Positions 27,124-42,153 of a DNA stretch of 64,000 bases are shown here, in pieces (position 1 is the stretch's first letter; each line of letters starts with the position of its first letter). The translations under genes and the position numbers were made by a program. Origin of the DNA: the human T2T-CHM13v2.0 reference genome, Homo sapiens; the NCBI RefSeq assembly GCF_009914755.1, contig NC_060928.1; one strand, 5' to 3'. The notes under the pieces are model-generated. The model was given only the letters and a program-made list of their open reading frames with translations. It made no database searches and was not told the DNA's origin.

Positions 27124-27568
27124 CTGTTACAAAAACAGAATGAAACAAAACCAAAGCACAAATACCCATCCAATGATGGCATAAATGAATCATAAAGTAT
27201 CAAAGCAGAAGTTTAGAGCTCCGGCATCAGGTACAATTCCTGACAAATTACTCAAGTTCACCCATAATTCGTCATTGTCATCTCAATGATACAGAGAATA
27301 CTGGAAGTAAAAATAACTTGTTACATGTGAACAGAAACTGGTTTAGAAAATAATTCAAAAATATTTTATGCCTGCACTCCTACTCTTTGTACGGCAAAAA
27401 AAATAGTTCTTAAACTTTCAAATTAAGTACCTACTATTCTCAGGTAAGATGTTCTAATGAAGTATCATTTTTTATTGTTAGCAAATTAAGGTCACAGGAC
27501 CCCTAGGAGGTTGCTGCTGACATCTAGTGGCATACTTTTTAAAACATCAAATTCATTAAAAATATAGA

Positions 27569-27885
27569 GAGCTATCCCTCATTACCCAGTGGGGTATGGT
27601 TCCAGGTTTCCTCTTTCCCAATGTACCAGAATATGCGGATGTTCAAGTCCCTTATATAAAACGGCATAGTCTTTGCACATAACCTATGCACATCCTCCCA
27701 GACACTTTATATCATCTCTAGATTATAATACCTACTACAGTGTAAACGCTATATAAATAGTTGTTTTACTGCATTGTCTTTTAATTTGTATTATTTTTTA
27801 TTGTCTGGTTTTTTTTCCAAATATTTTTGATTCCCAGTTGGTTGAATCTATGGATGTGGAACCCATTAATATGAACAGCCAACTG
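27569..27885 (+). mobile_element. MER2 (TcMar-Tigger MITE)
   Basis: caagtcccttatataaaa...aacctatgcacatcctccc...caactg followed by TA. Confidence 0.88.
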
Positions 27886-27960
27886 TATATGTGTATATAT
27901 ATACATATATATATGTATATATACATATATATATGAATATATATATATATACATATATAT

Positions 27961-28028
<68 letters not shown>

Positions 28029-28089
28029 GTTTTCTTATTTTTTATTTTTTGAGACAGGGTCTTACTTTGTCACCCAGGCTGGAGTGCAT

Positions 28090-28126
<37 letters not shown>
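27886..28126. repeat. Compound (TA)n-(TC)n-(TA)n...(TG)n microsatellite containing a 57-bp Alu-end copy (28030-28086)
   Basis: Seen directly. Confidence 0.95.
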
Positions 28127-28129
<3 letters not shown>

Positions 28130-28739
28130 ATTTTCAGCATCATACATATAGAGAGAGAGAAAGAGAAGAACAAACATACATTTATGTTCAAGCGTGTACT
28201 TGCAAAATCTAGTGGACATGTTACCAATTATTTGTAGCCCAGATCACTTTGTCTTCAATGATGTGATTCTCCTTCCAAAGTAATCTTAGTGCTGCAAAAC
28301 CAGAAATAAAAATGAGCAGATCTGCTAAAGCCTTAAAGGAACCAATTCCCTCAAAGACTTTAGTCTTTTACTGGGAATTGCCAATTCTCTGAGAGCCCCA
28401 ATTCCCAAAGGCTTCTCCCCAAACCCAATAGGCCTAATTTCTTTTCAGCTTTCCAAATAACCATGACCCTACTCCATTTCCATACCTGGCATTTAAGTAC
28501 TTTTAGGATCTTAGCCTAGAGAGACTCCACTATAGAGCAGAGTATATGCTCTTGCACAAAAATGCTTTTGTTGGGTAGGGCAGGTTAGATTTTTCTGCAA
28601 TGATGTATGGAGTGGCACAAAGCCAGTAAGTGATAAAATTAAGCTGTCTCCCTTTGGTGAAGAGAATGTGTTCCTACAGTGGTGTTATAAATTAGTTGAT
28701 TGGAATTTAGATTTTATTCTTATTAAAACGATGTCATAA

Positions 28740-29126
<387 letters not shown>

Positions 29127-30791
29127 TTAAATATACCTTCAATGGAAATCCTGGAGATTCAAGGAGCTCATTCACTCAAAATTTGTCTGCTTTACTCATA
29201 AGGAAAAGTAAACGTGGCTGGCAGAAAGATCTTTTTTACAATTATATTGAAGAAAAAAATCCGTGTCTGTGTGTGCACCTTTATATATGATATCAAATTA
29301 TATATATATACACACACACATATACATATGTATACATACAAGAATATACCAGAATATGCAAATCAATGACAGTATGGCGGATACCACAACTAAGTGTGAG
29401 TGAATGTAGTGTAGGCTGGCTAAGGGAGAAAGAGAGTTGTAATATAATGAAGGTCTCAGAAAGCATCTTAAAGAGAAGTTTTAAGGTTACATAGTTTTTG
29501 GAATAAAGAAGAAAGCAGACCAGACATTCAAAGCCAAGCTTTAAACCTAAGCAAAGACAAGAATGTTTGGAATATGTGGTGTTAAGAGAGACATAAATAA
29601 GGTAAGAAACATAGCTGGGGAATTGATGGAAGAACTTGAACAGTAGCAGGAGCTGATTCTAGACAATGCTGTGGTTTATAGTTCTGAGAGTTTCAAAAAG
29701 ATAAAATATTGCACAGAAACTAATACCCAGAAGAGTTAAAAAGACCAAGAACTTTTTGCAAATGAAAAAAATCATAAAAGCCACATTCTTAAAAACTACC
29801 ATAACAGCTTCTTTTCATGTAAATTTTTCTTTAATAATTACTTTTTAATCACTTCTCCATAAAAATGTTCAATGATTTATTCTCTGATTTGCAGTTTAAA
29901 TACTCATTGGGAGCATACTGTGCTGATGTTATGAATATGTTTTTGTAAAGCATTGTATGGTATATATCAGACATAGAACCTAATTTCGGCACTGTGAGAT
30001 TTACATGTACTTTTCATCACTAGCCTTAAACTATTTCTAACTCTCATTTAAATGCATGGTCACTAACTTATTAATCAACCTGCAAGTTATGATGCTGTAC
30101 TTTCAGTTGTTATTATAGTAGGTATGTGATAAATAATAGAAAATATAATCTGTAATAAACTCTTAAAATATCACAAGATTTGTATCCTTTTAAATCTCAA
30201 CATGTATCGCATCTGTATCATTTCCTACATCAAATAATAAACCAAAATAAAACCAATCTGTAAACAATATATTTACAACTTATTTCTTACTGTCCTTGAA
30301 CATAAGTAACCCTGTATAGTAGCCTTATAACCCAGTTTCTTTTCAATTTACAAAATTGTGTTTACAGAAAGCCTAAATATAGTAAACCTACAGTACATAA
30401 AAGAATTGCTGAATTCTTAATATGCTATTTCAATTTCCTCCAGAAAAAATTCAATATATGTGAGAATAAAATTTAACATTCCTGCATAATAAAAATATAA
30501 TTACAGTCATGAAATTTTCTTAATTGAAATTTGATCTATTTCCAGGACATGTAAACCTATGTAAAAATTGAACAGAATCACGGTCTGTATTTTTACATGT
30601 AATCCTACCGTGGTATACCTACCAGGTATATTGAAAGATATTTTAACCTGACTAATTGAAGTTCCCTCCATCTTTGGATGACAAAATTAAGAAAATTGTA
30701 ACTATAACTTATAACCAATAACTTCACATTAAAACGCTACCTGAAAAGTTGTTTAAATGCCCTTTTTAAAAGAGTCAAATGTAGAACTCAC

Positions 30792-30862
30792 AGGTATCTG
30801 CACACATAAAAGTGTCGGTTAATCCAACAGATTGCATGCTGAGCCCATTGCCAGAATTAATC
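30792..30862 (-). pseudogene. Exon (71 nt, 0-2): D*FWQWAQHAICWINRHFYVCRY(L)
   Basis: Branch-point match actaac followed by acattcattttgtgtag|, donor CCT|gtgagt. Confidence 0.68.
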
Positions 30863-33040
30863 CTACACAAAATGAATGTGTTAGTCATCATGTATACTAA
30901 GAAAAGCTGAATGGTTCCATTTGTTTAAAAATAACACCTTCACTAGTATGTCTTAAACTTCCACTATTTAAACATTGAAATTTAAATGCACATATTCCAT
31001 CTGAGATAATAGGCAGAATGTTAATATGTTAGTGTGTATTACCTTATTAATAGGAATTTTACGAGATTGCAAACACCCCCAGTTCAACAAATCTATAGGA
31101 CCAGCCCAGAAAGATAATGACATAAACGTCATTTCTCCTGGCCATAGTTCTCCCATCCCTAGCTATTCCTCAATATCTCACTTCCAACCTCCACAGCAAC
31201 ATACATATCTTGGATCATAATCACCTTGGGAGTTGTATCATGCCAAATTTTGGCAATACACAGAATGATTCCTTGATTCCTTTATTTACATAATAGAAAA
31301 AAAACAAATTTTGTTACTCTGGGTATACTGATGCTGAAAATTCTATCCCATGAATGGGAATTACTTTCCCTCACCCTAAGTCTTCCTTTGTTACCTTCAC
31401 TTCAAAATAAGCTTATACATAGCTTACATAAATAAAATAAAAGCCTAAAAATGAGTATATTAGTATATACATATCTCTGAGAAAAGAAAAATTCACATAA
31501 ATGCAACCTGGAGAGTCTGTGCTCCCTGCATGCTTTATTTATATTCTAAAGCACATGGATCCCTGACCTTCCTCATTGGCTTCATCTCATTCAGGATATT
31601 TCTCTTTCTCTCTTTACTGTGCCATCTTCCATTGAGTTGCCTTCAACAAGCACTTTTCTAGCATTTATCTCCCTATGCCTACATCACACAGCTCAGCTTC
31701 AACCTCTTCCACATATTGTCTAGGAATTTGTTCTCTTTATAATGTCCCTATTTGGAGAGTCAAAGCTAATAGTTCTATGTAAAAGACAACCCTCAATTAA
31801 CTTCATTAACCATTTAAGAACATTTTAATTTGAATTAACATTTCAGTATAGATAAAACTTGGATAGGGTGACTACCCTTAGGAAAAGAAGCTATTTTCTC
31901 AAGGGGTTTATACCTGTTTTGAAGAATTACCTAGAAGCCAGAAATATGTAGAAATATATCACATTTGTAATTCAAATTTAACAATTTATTTTTGCTCAAC
32001 TGCAAATCAAAGTTCAGAAATAAGCTTTCTGCTGATATCCATTACATTTAAATGCTACCTGTATTTCAGTACTCATTTATTTTTAGAAATTCAGTAATTT
32101 GTCAAAAATAAAACCCAATCAATTCTAGTTAATATAAAAATATATAATACATTTCATTAATATACTATATATGTTCATGAACATACAGTGTCATCACATC
32201 TTCATAGCTAAATAAGTAGACAGGACTCAATGGATGTCTCAGTTCCCTTCAAAATTCTAAACTGTCTGAAACTTTTCTGCAAAAATCTCTTTTGAGATAG
32301 TAGCTTTATTCATAAAACATACACACATTGTTTATCTGCAGCCATACTCACACTTTGTGTACATGCGTATGTCATTAGAATATTTGCATGAGTTTTCATA
32401 TTCTTAGAACAACATATGTAAATAATTCACATAGTGATTTGAAAATTTAGCAACTAAATATGCATCTGTTAAGTATAATCAGGCACGCTATTCAACAACT
32501 GCATGATATAATTCAATCTTTCCAAAGAAAATATGTATTTTGCATGAGGGTGTCTTCATAAAGCTTGATGACATTTTCTAGAAATTCATATTGAAATTTT
32601 TTTTGTATATTCAAAAAAATACATAAAGTCATCTGACTAACGCCAAATAAAGTCACAAAGAATCTTATCATTGTACCCTAACAAGGGTCTAATGCTGTTA
32701 TTACCTATCATTTGTAAATATGATAAACCAATTGGATTTATTTCCAAAGAGACTGCAATCCTGTACTCAAGATCCTATTTATATATTAACATAAACTTCA
32801 AAATGGTATCAGAAAATTAACCATTACCCACAATGTTTTGAAAAGCTATTATATATCTAAAAATGTACTGTTCACTTTATCAATCTGATGATCATCGTAA
32901 GGCCTTCCCTTGGCTTTTCAGATAATAATTTACTTTTTTGATGGGTAATTCAATATCTAAAACGAATAATCAAGGAAAGTCAACTAGTTTCATGTAGAGT
33001 TATACAGAATGAAAAAATATCAATTCAAAATAAGCATTAC

Positions 33041-33103
33041 CTTTGTCTAATTTTTCATAAAAGACAGAAGACCTCTTGCCAGGTAACACCATTTCTTTGT
33101 ATT
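33041..33103 (-). pseudogene. Exon (63 nt, 0-0): NTKKWCYLARGLLSFMKN*TK
   Basis: Acceptor cttctttctcttttcccgtag|, donor AAG|gtaatg. Confidence 0.7.
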
Positions 33104-33623
33104 CTACGGGAAAAGAGAAAGAAGATTAATAAAAACAACCTTTCTTTTTTCCTCTTTAAATGCTTCTTAAAGAAGATTCATTAGTAATAAAGGTCAGAGA
33201 AGAAAATCATTTAACAAAATATTCAGCTCCATTCAGCAGCTGCCTCAGGAAACACTTGCTTTAAATGCCAAATCACTTCCCCAAATGTCCTTTCTCCCTT
33301 ACAGCTGAGAACATGGGTGACTGCAGCAGATACTCAGCCCTGTTTTCTTTGCTTCTCTTTCTTCTCTCACATGTGAACAAAACTGGCACTCGAGCAAGAA
33401 AAGGCATTAGCTTCCATCATTTCAAAAGACAAGATGTAAGCAATGTCAGGACAGAACATTTACTTGGAATACAATGGACTGAAATGGAATTTAAAATTAT
33501 CTAAATTGACTTTCCTTCCACTGCTAGTGAGCATGGGTTTTAAAATATTCATGAAAGTTTGGGTCTTTCCACAAAGTAATAAAATGAGATACTGTGGGAC
33601 AACTGTAAATAACTGCAGATTAC

Positions 33624-33792
33624 CTTCCTTATGAGATGTAATTTCAGAGCTTTTCTATGCTGCAACAAGGAGGAAAGTACTTTATCGAAGTCAAAAGTTA
33701 TGAAAATATATCTTATTCCCTGCCTTAATGTATAACAATCTTGAGGAGTATCCCATAATAGATTTTATTGCATCATTATCTAAATGTTCAGA
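33624..33792 (-). pseudogene. Exon (169 nt = 168+1, 0-0): SEHLDNDAIKSIMGYSSRLLYIKAGNKIYFHNF/DFDKVLSSLLQHRKALKLHLIRK
   Basis: Donor AAG|gtaatc; acceptor decayed (ttttgtatcctccaa|). Removing one T from a TTTT run joins two stop-free halves. Confidence 0.55.
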
Positions 33793-33979
33793 TTGGAGGA
33801 TACAAAATTCAAGCCTGAGCAATAGCTTTCCAGAAAGGACTGTTACATACATAGGTAAGAATTTTAAATTCACCCCTTAAGAAAGTTATTTGGCTGAATA
33901 GAAGATGCTAACAGTTTAAAACAACACTGATTAATTGACTAAAGCAGTCATAAGAATAGTGATATAACTGCAATCACTA

Positions 33980-34170
33980 CATCTTACCAACTGTGTATTT
34001 TGGACAAATAAATTTTGTAAGTCTTCATTTTTCATCTGTAATATGGGAATGATATTTTTTCCTATCCCCCATGGAGGTGATAATTGAGATAAATACATAT
34101 AAAGAACATAGCATAGTACCAAGCTAAGCATGAGAAAGCATAAGCTAATATAATATCATCATTATTATTC
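33980..34170 (+). mobile_element. MIR
   Basis: ttcatctgtaatatggga...gagataaatacatataaag. Confidence 0.7.
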
Positions 34171-34801
34171 CTATTATTATCACTGTTCTTTAAAGAACAA
34201 CAACAAAAAAGGCTTACTATTCCATTGAGAATCACTGCCCTAGTGAGCCACACAATAAAATGATTAAGTCATATCATACTGGACATTACCTATTTTGTTT
34301 ATTTATTAATTAGACTCTGTGATGATGAAGGAAGAAAGAGTCCTTCTGGGTCTTTCAGGCTGGTGGGTGAAAAAGATTGAATAGCAGTATTTCAAGAAGA
34401 TTAGTAAGCTGTCAACTGCTCGACTGCAGTGGTTCCCCTTGATTTTGCTGAGAACTTTAGCTTGAAGAAGGCCTTCAAGAAATTGTGATATACTTCAAGA
34501 CTCACTTAAAGCAACTGGCCCTTATCTACTCTTATGAACACTCGATCTAATTCAGAAAACACCTGGTGAGCCCCTACTGCAAGCCAACGTCTGTGGCAGA
34601 CTGAAGAAACCACAGCAAACAAAAAGAGATTCAAGAAAAGCACAGTTTAGTGGAGGAAACACATCTGTGGACAATTATTTCAAGTAATTGGTGAAAATAT
34701 CATTATTAGATAATACATAGAGTTTTGAAGGAGCAGAAAGTATTAAAAGAATATTCTGGAGTCAGAAAAGGATTTAAAACATAATCTTAAAAAATAAGTC
34801 A

Positions 34802-35134
<333 letters not shown>

Positions 35135-35602
35135 TCAGCGCTATTTGGTCTAAGAAAATTTCACAAAAGAGAACTCTGAAGTACTAAGCCTAACAGACAG
35201 GTAAGCAGGTATGTCTTTCCAGGAAGATGGGGTAATGCATACAAAAACTGGAAGCATAAAAAAAGGAAGTCCACATTAACGTAAGGTCCACTCACAGTGC
35301 CCATTGGGAGTCTTCTCAATTTCTTGTTAAAGTGGTCAGAGGATGTCAAAGAGGAGAAACATTAGTAACAGCACTGGGAGTAAAATGGACAAAATATAAA
35401 GTGGCATTTCTAATAGCTGAGCCCTGATTGGGCTTGACTACGAAACACTGTTTCAGACTCAAAACCTTACACTGTATATTTTGAAAGAGTACAGCATATA
35501 TGTCTTCTAAATAAAGAAATTAGGAAGAGACTTTGATTCATACCAATAACAATCCCTAACTCCAGGTGCAGGCATCAAGTAGACCAACATCTGCATAACA
35601 TC

Positions 35603-36093
35603 TGTTGTGGGTTAAATTATGTACTCCCGAAAGATATGTTGAAGTCCTACCCTGAATATGATCTTATTAAGAAAGAATCTTTATGCAATTAAGATGTAAA
35701 TTAAGATGAGGTTATGCTAGAATAAGGTGGCCCCTTAAACTAGTATGACTGGCAACCTTATAAGAAGAGATGAGACACAGGGATGGACATACATGGAGAA
35801 GAGAAAGCCATGTGAACACAAAGACACACACAGACAGAGTGCCATATGACAAGACAGGCAGAGATTGGAGTGATAAATCTACAAGCTAAGGAATGCCAAG
35901 GACTGCCAGCAACATCAGAAACTAAAAGAAAGGCATCAAGCAGATTCTTCTCTAGAGCCTCCGGAGAGAGCAGGGCCCTGCCGACATGTTGATTTTAGAT
36001 TTCTAGCCTCCAGAAATGTGACACTAAATTTCTCTTGTTCTAAGCTACTTAATTAGTGGTAATGTGTTATGGCAGTCAAAGAAACTAATAACA
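35603..36093 (+). mobile_element. MLT1C solo LTR
   Basis: ggcagagattggagtgat...aaggaatgccaagga...aaactaataaca. Confidence 0.88.
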
Positions 36094-36179
36094 CATGTCT
36101 TCGGCCAACAAGAATCAGGCTTCTATCTAGACTCTGATAACTTAGAACTTATTAAAAAAAATCTTACGGTTAATTTAAT

Positions 36180-36500
36180 TGGTAGTCCTCAAACTTTTTG
36201 GCACCAGGACAATTTTTTCTAAAGATGGGGGAGGTGGAATGGTTTCCAAATGAAACCATTCTACCTCAGATCATCAGGTATTAGATTCTCATAAGGAGCA
36301 CGTAACCCAGATCCCTTGCATGTGCAGCTCACAAGAGGGTTCATGCTCCTATGAGAATCTAATGCTGCAGCTGATGTAACAAGATGGGGAGCTCAGGCAG
36401 TAATGCTTGCTTGTCCACCACTCATCTCCCACTGTGTGGCCCGGTTTCTAACAGGCCACAGACAGTTACCTGTCCACGGCTTGGGGGTTGGGGATCCCTG
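36180..36500 (+). mobile_element. MER1B (hAT-Charlie)
   Basis: cctcagatcatcaggtattagattctcataaggagc...gggggttggggatccctg. Confidence 0.88.
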
Positions 36501-38164
36501 CTAGCTCATCAAACACATTCTCAACTTAGAAATCAGAACACCCAGCTGCACGTGACAAACTGACTTACAGTTTTAACAGTTTCCTGCAGCTGGAATCTGC
36601 TGCAAATGGAAGCCAATAGCCAATGGAAAGGAATTTGTTGGTCCCTATTTTTCCCCCATGTCCTTCTTTTCCAGCTAGTGAACCTTGGATCCTGATGCCT
36701 CTGGAATATAGCAGTGGAGTGAAAAAGGAAAGGTGAGGAAACAAGAGGTAAATGAAGCAGGAAAGTGCTTACTTTCTGCTCACTAAGCAAGAAGGCTCCC
36801 TCTTTGGGACAGGCACAAAGTTGATTCTCTCCCCGTTTGAGCTTTTCCTGGTTCTTCAGTAATCCTCACCTCCAATCACTGGAGACCTTTCACCTGTACT
36901 ATGCTTGATGCAGGTCATACTGTCTCACTTTGTTACTTACTTCATCCACAGTCACTAGTCAGCTGAGACCAGTTCAGTTGCTGGGAAGCCTTAAGGAAAT
37001 ACCTAGGACAACCTCATGACAGCTCTTTCATATTCGTGGCCCACCTCTCTTCCAGAGGAATCTAACAACCCCTGAAAAATAGATGAATCCCCATTCAGAA
37101 TCTTTACTTTGCTGTACCATAAGCTGCTCACCACCTCATCTTTGGTCTTTGAATTAATCAGAATCCAGTCCACTGTCTCCACTAAAACCTCAAAACTTCA
37201 AGAGATACCTTTTAAACTCTCTAGAGAGTCTCCTTGAAGAGCTCTTTCTAGTTCTGAGGGGGAAAACACCCTACACCATCTCTCCTTGTGTATATTTCGA
37301 GTACACCTTCAGTTCACTCCATAAAATCTTCCTTTCATCTCCAGATCTCCCAGCCCTTTTGGATTGGAAACGTAGGAGGTATCTACCCAGTTCTTACACT
37401 CCCACTAGGGAATTTCTACAAGGTGATCTGGTTTATAAATCACATTAGTATCTGATAGCTATTGCTTTAAGGGGTCAAAGTTTTCCAATTTCACATCATA
37501 TGATATTAGTTTTTCACAATTTGTGTTTTAAGAAACTCATGGGGGAAACAGCTAAAAATTATACAATATGTCTTCTGGATATACTATTTTAAAGGTGTCC
37601 TATACATTCCATGAATTTTACATTGTTCTTCAATATAATCTCTGTTATTCAGTCAAGTGGAGTGTCTAACAGCTGCCACGTTGTTCTATCCCAGTTCCAT
37701 TCTTCAGGTCTATTCCTTCTACTTGTGGTTCAGTTCTTACTTCTCAGCACCTTCCAAATGTACTGCCCTGTCAAAGCTTTAATGACAACTTCTCCAGAAA
37801 GTGATCTCCAGGTACTTTGGACTCTGTTGATTTTATCGTTCTTCTACCTTGTGCAGCAATTATAGTCAATGCCTATAACTTATATTGCCTTCTTGAGTTG
37901 TCTTGTGCTGTCGTGTCTCCACAGATATATTTTAAGTTCTTCAAGGACAGTTATTTTAACTTGTGCCTCTCACATTTTTCCTTTTGTGCTAAACTCAATG
38001 ATCAGCATATATGGAGAAGGTACCTGTTAAGTGCAGACACAATTGCTATCTATTAAATATCTATTAATGTAGGTAGACAGCGTTGACTTATGTGGCATAA
38101 TATCCTTCCATGTCCTATGACAGAAATTGCATAGCAGTGGCATAGCAGTTGTTGCCGCACAAAG

Positions 38165-38395
38165 TTTTTTTTTAAAATTTAATTTTACTTTATTTTAAGT
38201 TCCAGGATACAGATGCAGGACATGTAGGTTTGTTACTTAGGTAAACGCGTGCCATGCTGGTTTGCTGCACCTATCAACCCATCCCCTAGGTATTAAGCCC
38301 CACATGCATTAGCTATTTATCCTGATGGTATCCCTTCCCCCACCCCATTCCCCTGAAAGGCCCAAGTGTGTACTGTTCCCCTCCCTGTGTCCATG
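38165..38395 (-). mobile_element. Short older L1PA (about PA13-16) 3' end
   Basis: ttttaagttcc...gtttgttac...ggtattaagccc...tccctgtgtccatg. Confidence 0.9.
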
Positions 38396-38561
38396 GCCAC
38401 ATTACATTTAAACACTATTTGGACATGTCAGATGGAAAAGAAGCAGAAAACAAAATAACATGAGAAATATGATATGACATTATGTAACAAGGATAACAAG
38501 GATGTTGTTTGGAAATATATCTAAATGCAATCCTTTTGCATTTCTCTGTGTCTGACCTCAC

Positions 38562-38768
38562 CTTTCTGCCAGGCATAGCATTTGCCTCTAAAAAGATCAA
38601 GATTGCTACAAGATAAATAAAATTTAAAAAGGCAGTCTACATTTTGATGTCTGCCAATAATTCTGGATCCATATAGCAAGACAATAATCTTGAATATAAG
38701 GCTTTTCTTGTTTCCATTACAATATTAGAATTCAGACTTAGAAAACTAGATCAAGGACTTTTGCCATG
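38562..38768 (-). pseudogene. Exon (207 nt, 0-0): HGKSP*SSFLSLNSNIVMETRKALYSRLLSCYMDPELLADIKM*TAFLNFIYLVAILIFLEANAMPGRK
   Basis: Strong acceptor attcttttctcctcttttag|, donor AAG|gtgagg; exactly 69 codons with 2 stops. Confidence 0.7.
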
Positions 38769-39667
38769 CTAAAAGAGGAGAAAAGAATATAATAAACTAC
38801 CTCAGGCTCAAGAGCATAGGCAAGAGGAAAAGAAACAGAGGAGGAAGTCAAACATGAAGTCTTCATTTCCCTTCTTTCTAAGTGAAACCCCCCACAAGAA
38901 AGTGGAATAAAGGTAATAGAAGCATTAGGACTAGCAGATGGCTTTTCAGGACATAGACTCAAAAGAACTTGAGATTTTCAGGGGAAAAAAAAAACATCAT
39001 CCAACATCTAACATGATATAGGAACACTTAGGGTGCATTAGTGGAGGACAGTCTCTAAAAAGATGAACCTGAGACAAAATTGCATCATCTCAATAGCCAA
39101 TACCTGGTATCCAGGAGCAATAGAAGTTCTCAAATACCATGAATAGGAGACAGGGGAGTGCAGGTGGACTTGGTCCCACCTAGTACCCTTTCCCAGAATG
39201 AGATCACATGAGGCCCATTATCCCCATCATCACAAGACTATAAAAGAAAAAGCAGAAAAGGAAAAAAGTCTAAAGCACAATCATTTAGCAAAAAGTTATC
39301 TCAGTCATCCATCCCAGATAAAAAAGAACTTAAACTTATGTAGTACAGTATCATTATTTTATAGATATAAAAACTAAAGACCAGAATGGCAGACTCATTT
39401 ACTGAAGAGTATTATGCTTATGAAGACAGAGAAGAGGCAATGGTTCCAGTTTATCTAGCATCTACTCACATGCTGATGAACTATCCCACACTCTCATCTA
39501 TAATCCAGCTTTTCTTTTCACTATAAGTTAATATTATTATTCAATTAATATTTTAAAATAAAAATTCCAATTTTATTTTCACTAGAAATATCAATGAAAA
39601 TAATTTTAATTCATTTCTTTTAATAAATGATGAAATACATTTAAAATGAAAATAATGTTTTTAAAGA

Positions 39668-41790
39668 GTCTGCAGAAAACTATTAGATTTAATTAGTAAA
39701 TTTAGCAATGTTACTGAATTCAGAGTTATTTTACAAGAACAAATTATGCTACCATAATGAACAAATAAAAAATAAGAATTATAACATTTAAAAGAGAATT
39801 AAATATCTCAAATACTCAGAATAAAATCTAACAAAAGATGTTCGTGATATCTACACCAAAAATCTACAAAATAGTATTTAAAGGAAATAAAGCAAACAAA
39901 AATAAATGGAGAGAGATGCATCATGCTCATACATGGAAGACTCAATATTATAAGGATGTCAATTTTCAAATTAATCTGGATATTCATGGTAATCACAACC
40001 AAAATCCCAGTAGTCTTTTTTTAATATAAAAATTAACAAGCTAAAATTTGTACAGAAATACAAAGGGCCAAGATTAGCCAAGGAAGACAAAACTAGAATT
40101 TTTAAATTGCCAGATATCAAAACTTATTATAAAGCTTTTGTAATTAAGACAGTAACTGGTACAAAGACAGACAAATCACATATGAAACAAAAGAGGAAGT
40201 CCAGAAACAAACTCACACAAGTTATAACAACAAATTACACAAGTAAATTATGGCAAGTTTGACAATGTAGAACAGTAGAGAAGGGGCAATTTCTTTACTA
40301 AATGGTGCTGAATGAATTACATATCAATTTGTGGGGAAAAAGTGGATCCTGACTCCTACATATACAAAAATCATTTCCAGAGGTTGTGCATTTACATGTT
40401 CAAAACAAAACAATAAAGCTTTTAGAAGAAAATATCTTTCCCTTTGGGGCAGATCGTGATTTCTTAAACAGAGTATAAGTGGTAACCGTCAAGGGAAAAC
40501 ATTAAAGTTTGACTGCATTTAAATTAAAAACTTCTGTTTACCAAAAGATGCCAAGTAGAATATGAAATGACAAGCCATGGAGTATAAAAAGAAACCTGCA
40601 ATACTCAGAATATATACAATAAACTTTCATAAATCAATAAGAAAATGAGACAACTGAATAGAAAATTGGGCAAAAGTCATAAATATAAACTTCACAAAAG
40701 AAGGCTTTCAAATTTTCAATAAACATCCTAAAAATCCCTCACCTTTATTAGTCTTTTGGAATGCAAGCTAAAATTACAATGAGATGTCACTATAAGCAGA
40801 CAAATGAGGCTGAATTAAAAAAAAAGATAATAGCAAGAGTTAGCAAGGATGTGGAAGAATGGTACTGTCATATCCTGCTGGTAGGGGTAGAAATTCATGT
40901 AATTATTTTGGAAAAGAGTTTGGTAGTATCTCTCCTTTGATAGTGTCTCACCTTATGGCTGTGCAATTCCACTATAAAAGTTGCTGAATATTATGTACAA
41001 CAATATTCTCAGTAGCACTATTCACAATAAGAATTAACTAGAAATAACCCAAATTTCCATAAACAGTAAAGCTGATTAATAAATTAAGATATATTCATAC
41101 AATGAAATGCTATGCATTAATGAGACTGAAGAAACCCTGATTACATGAACAATATGAATATCACAAACCATGTTAAAGAAAGAAGTCACATGGAAAAAGT
41201 ATGTACTATAGGAAAACATTCTGTTATGGGCTCAATTGCATCCCCTCACAATTCATATGGCAAAGCTCTAACACTCAGTTAGACTGTCTTTGGCAATAGG
41301 GCCTCTAAGGAGAAAATTAAGGTTAAATTAGGTCTTTAGAGTGGTGCTCTAATCTCATACAGCTGGTGTCCTTGTAAGACGAGAGAAAGACACGAGGGAT
41401 GCATGAGCACAGGCTGTGAGGGCACAGGAAGATACTGTCTGCAAGTCAAGGTGGGAGGCCTTGGGAGAAATTAATCCTGCTGGCACCTTAACCTTGGACT
41501 TTTAGCCTCCAGAACTGTGATAAAATAAATTTCTGTTTCTTAAGCCACCTAATCTATCGTATTTTATTATGCCAGCCCTGAAAAACTAATACACATTTAT
41601 ATAAAAGTGGGAGGAAACGCTCTGAGGAGGATACAGTACCTGAAAGAGGACATGAGGAGAGTCTCTGGTGTGCACCAAATGTTGTTTCTTGATCTAGGTG
41701 TTGGATCTTCAGGTATATTCCTTTTGCAAAAAATGTATTGAGTTGTACACTTAAGATTTGCTCACTTTTCCTTCGATACACTTTTCAAGT
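39668..41790 (+). mobile_element. Old L1M (MC/ME) ORF2-3'UTR remnant interrupted by MLT1B
   Basis: Degenerate ORF2 motifs (catgctcatacatggaagactcaata, aattaagacagt, aaattacaatgagat). Confidence 0.85.
41222..41593 (+). mobile_element. MLT1B solo LTR
   Basis: TGTTATGGGCT...AAACTAATACA; TSD cattc/cattt. Confidence 0.88.
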
Positions 41791-41828
41791 GACATTAAGA
41801 TCCAAATTCATCTGTCTATGGCCCTTAA

Positions 41829-42153
<325 letters not shown>

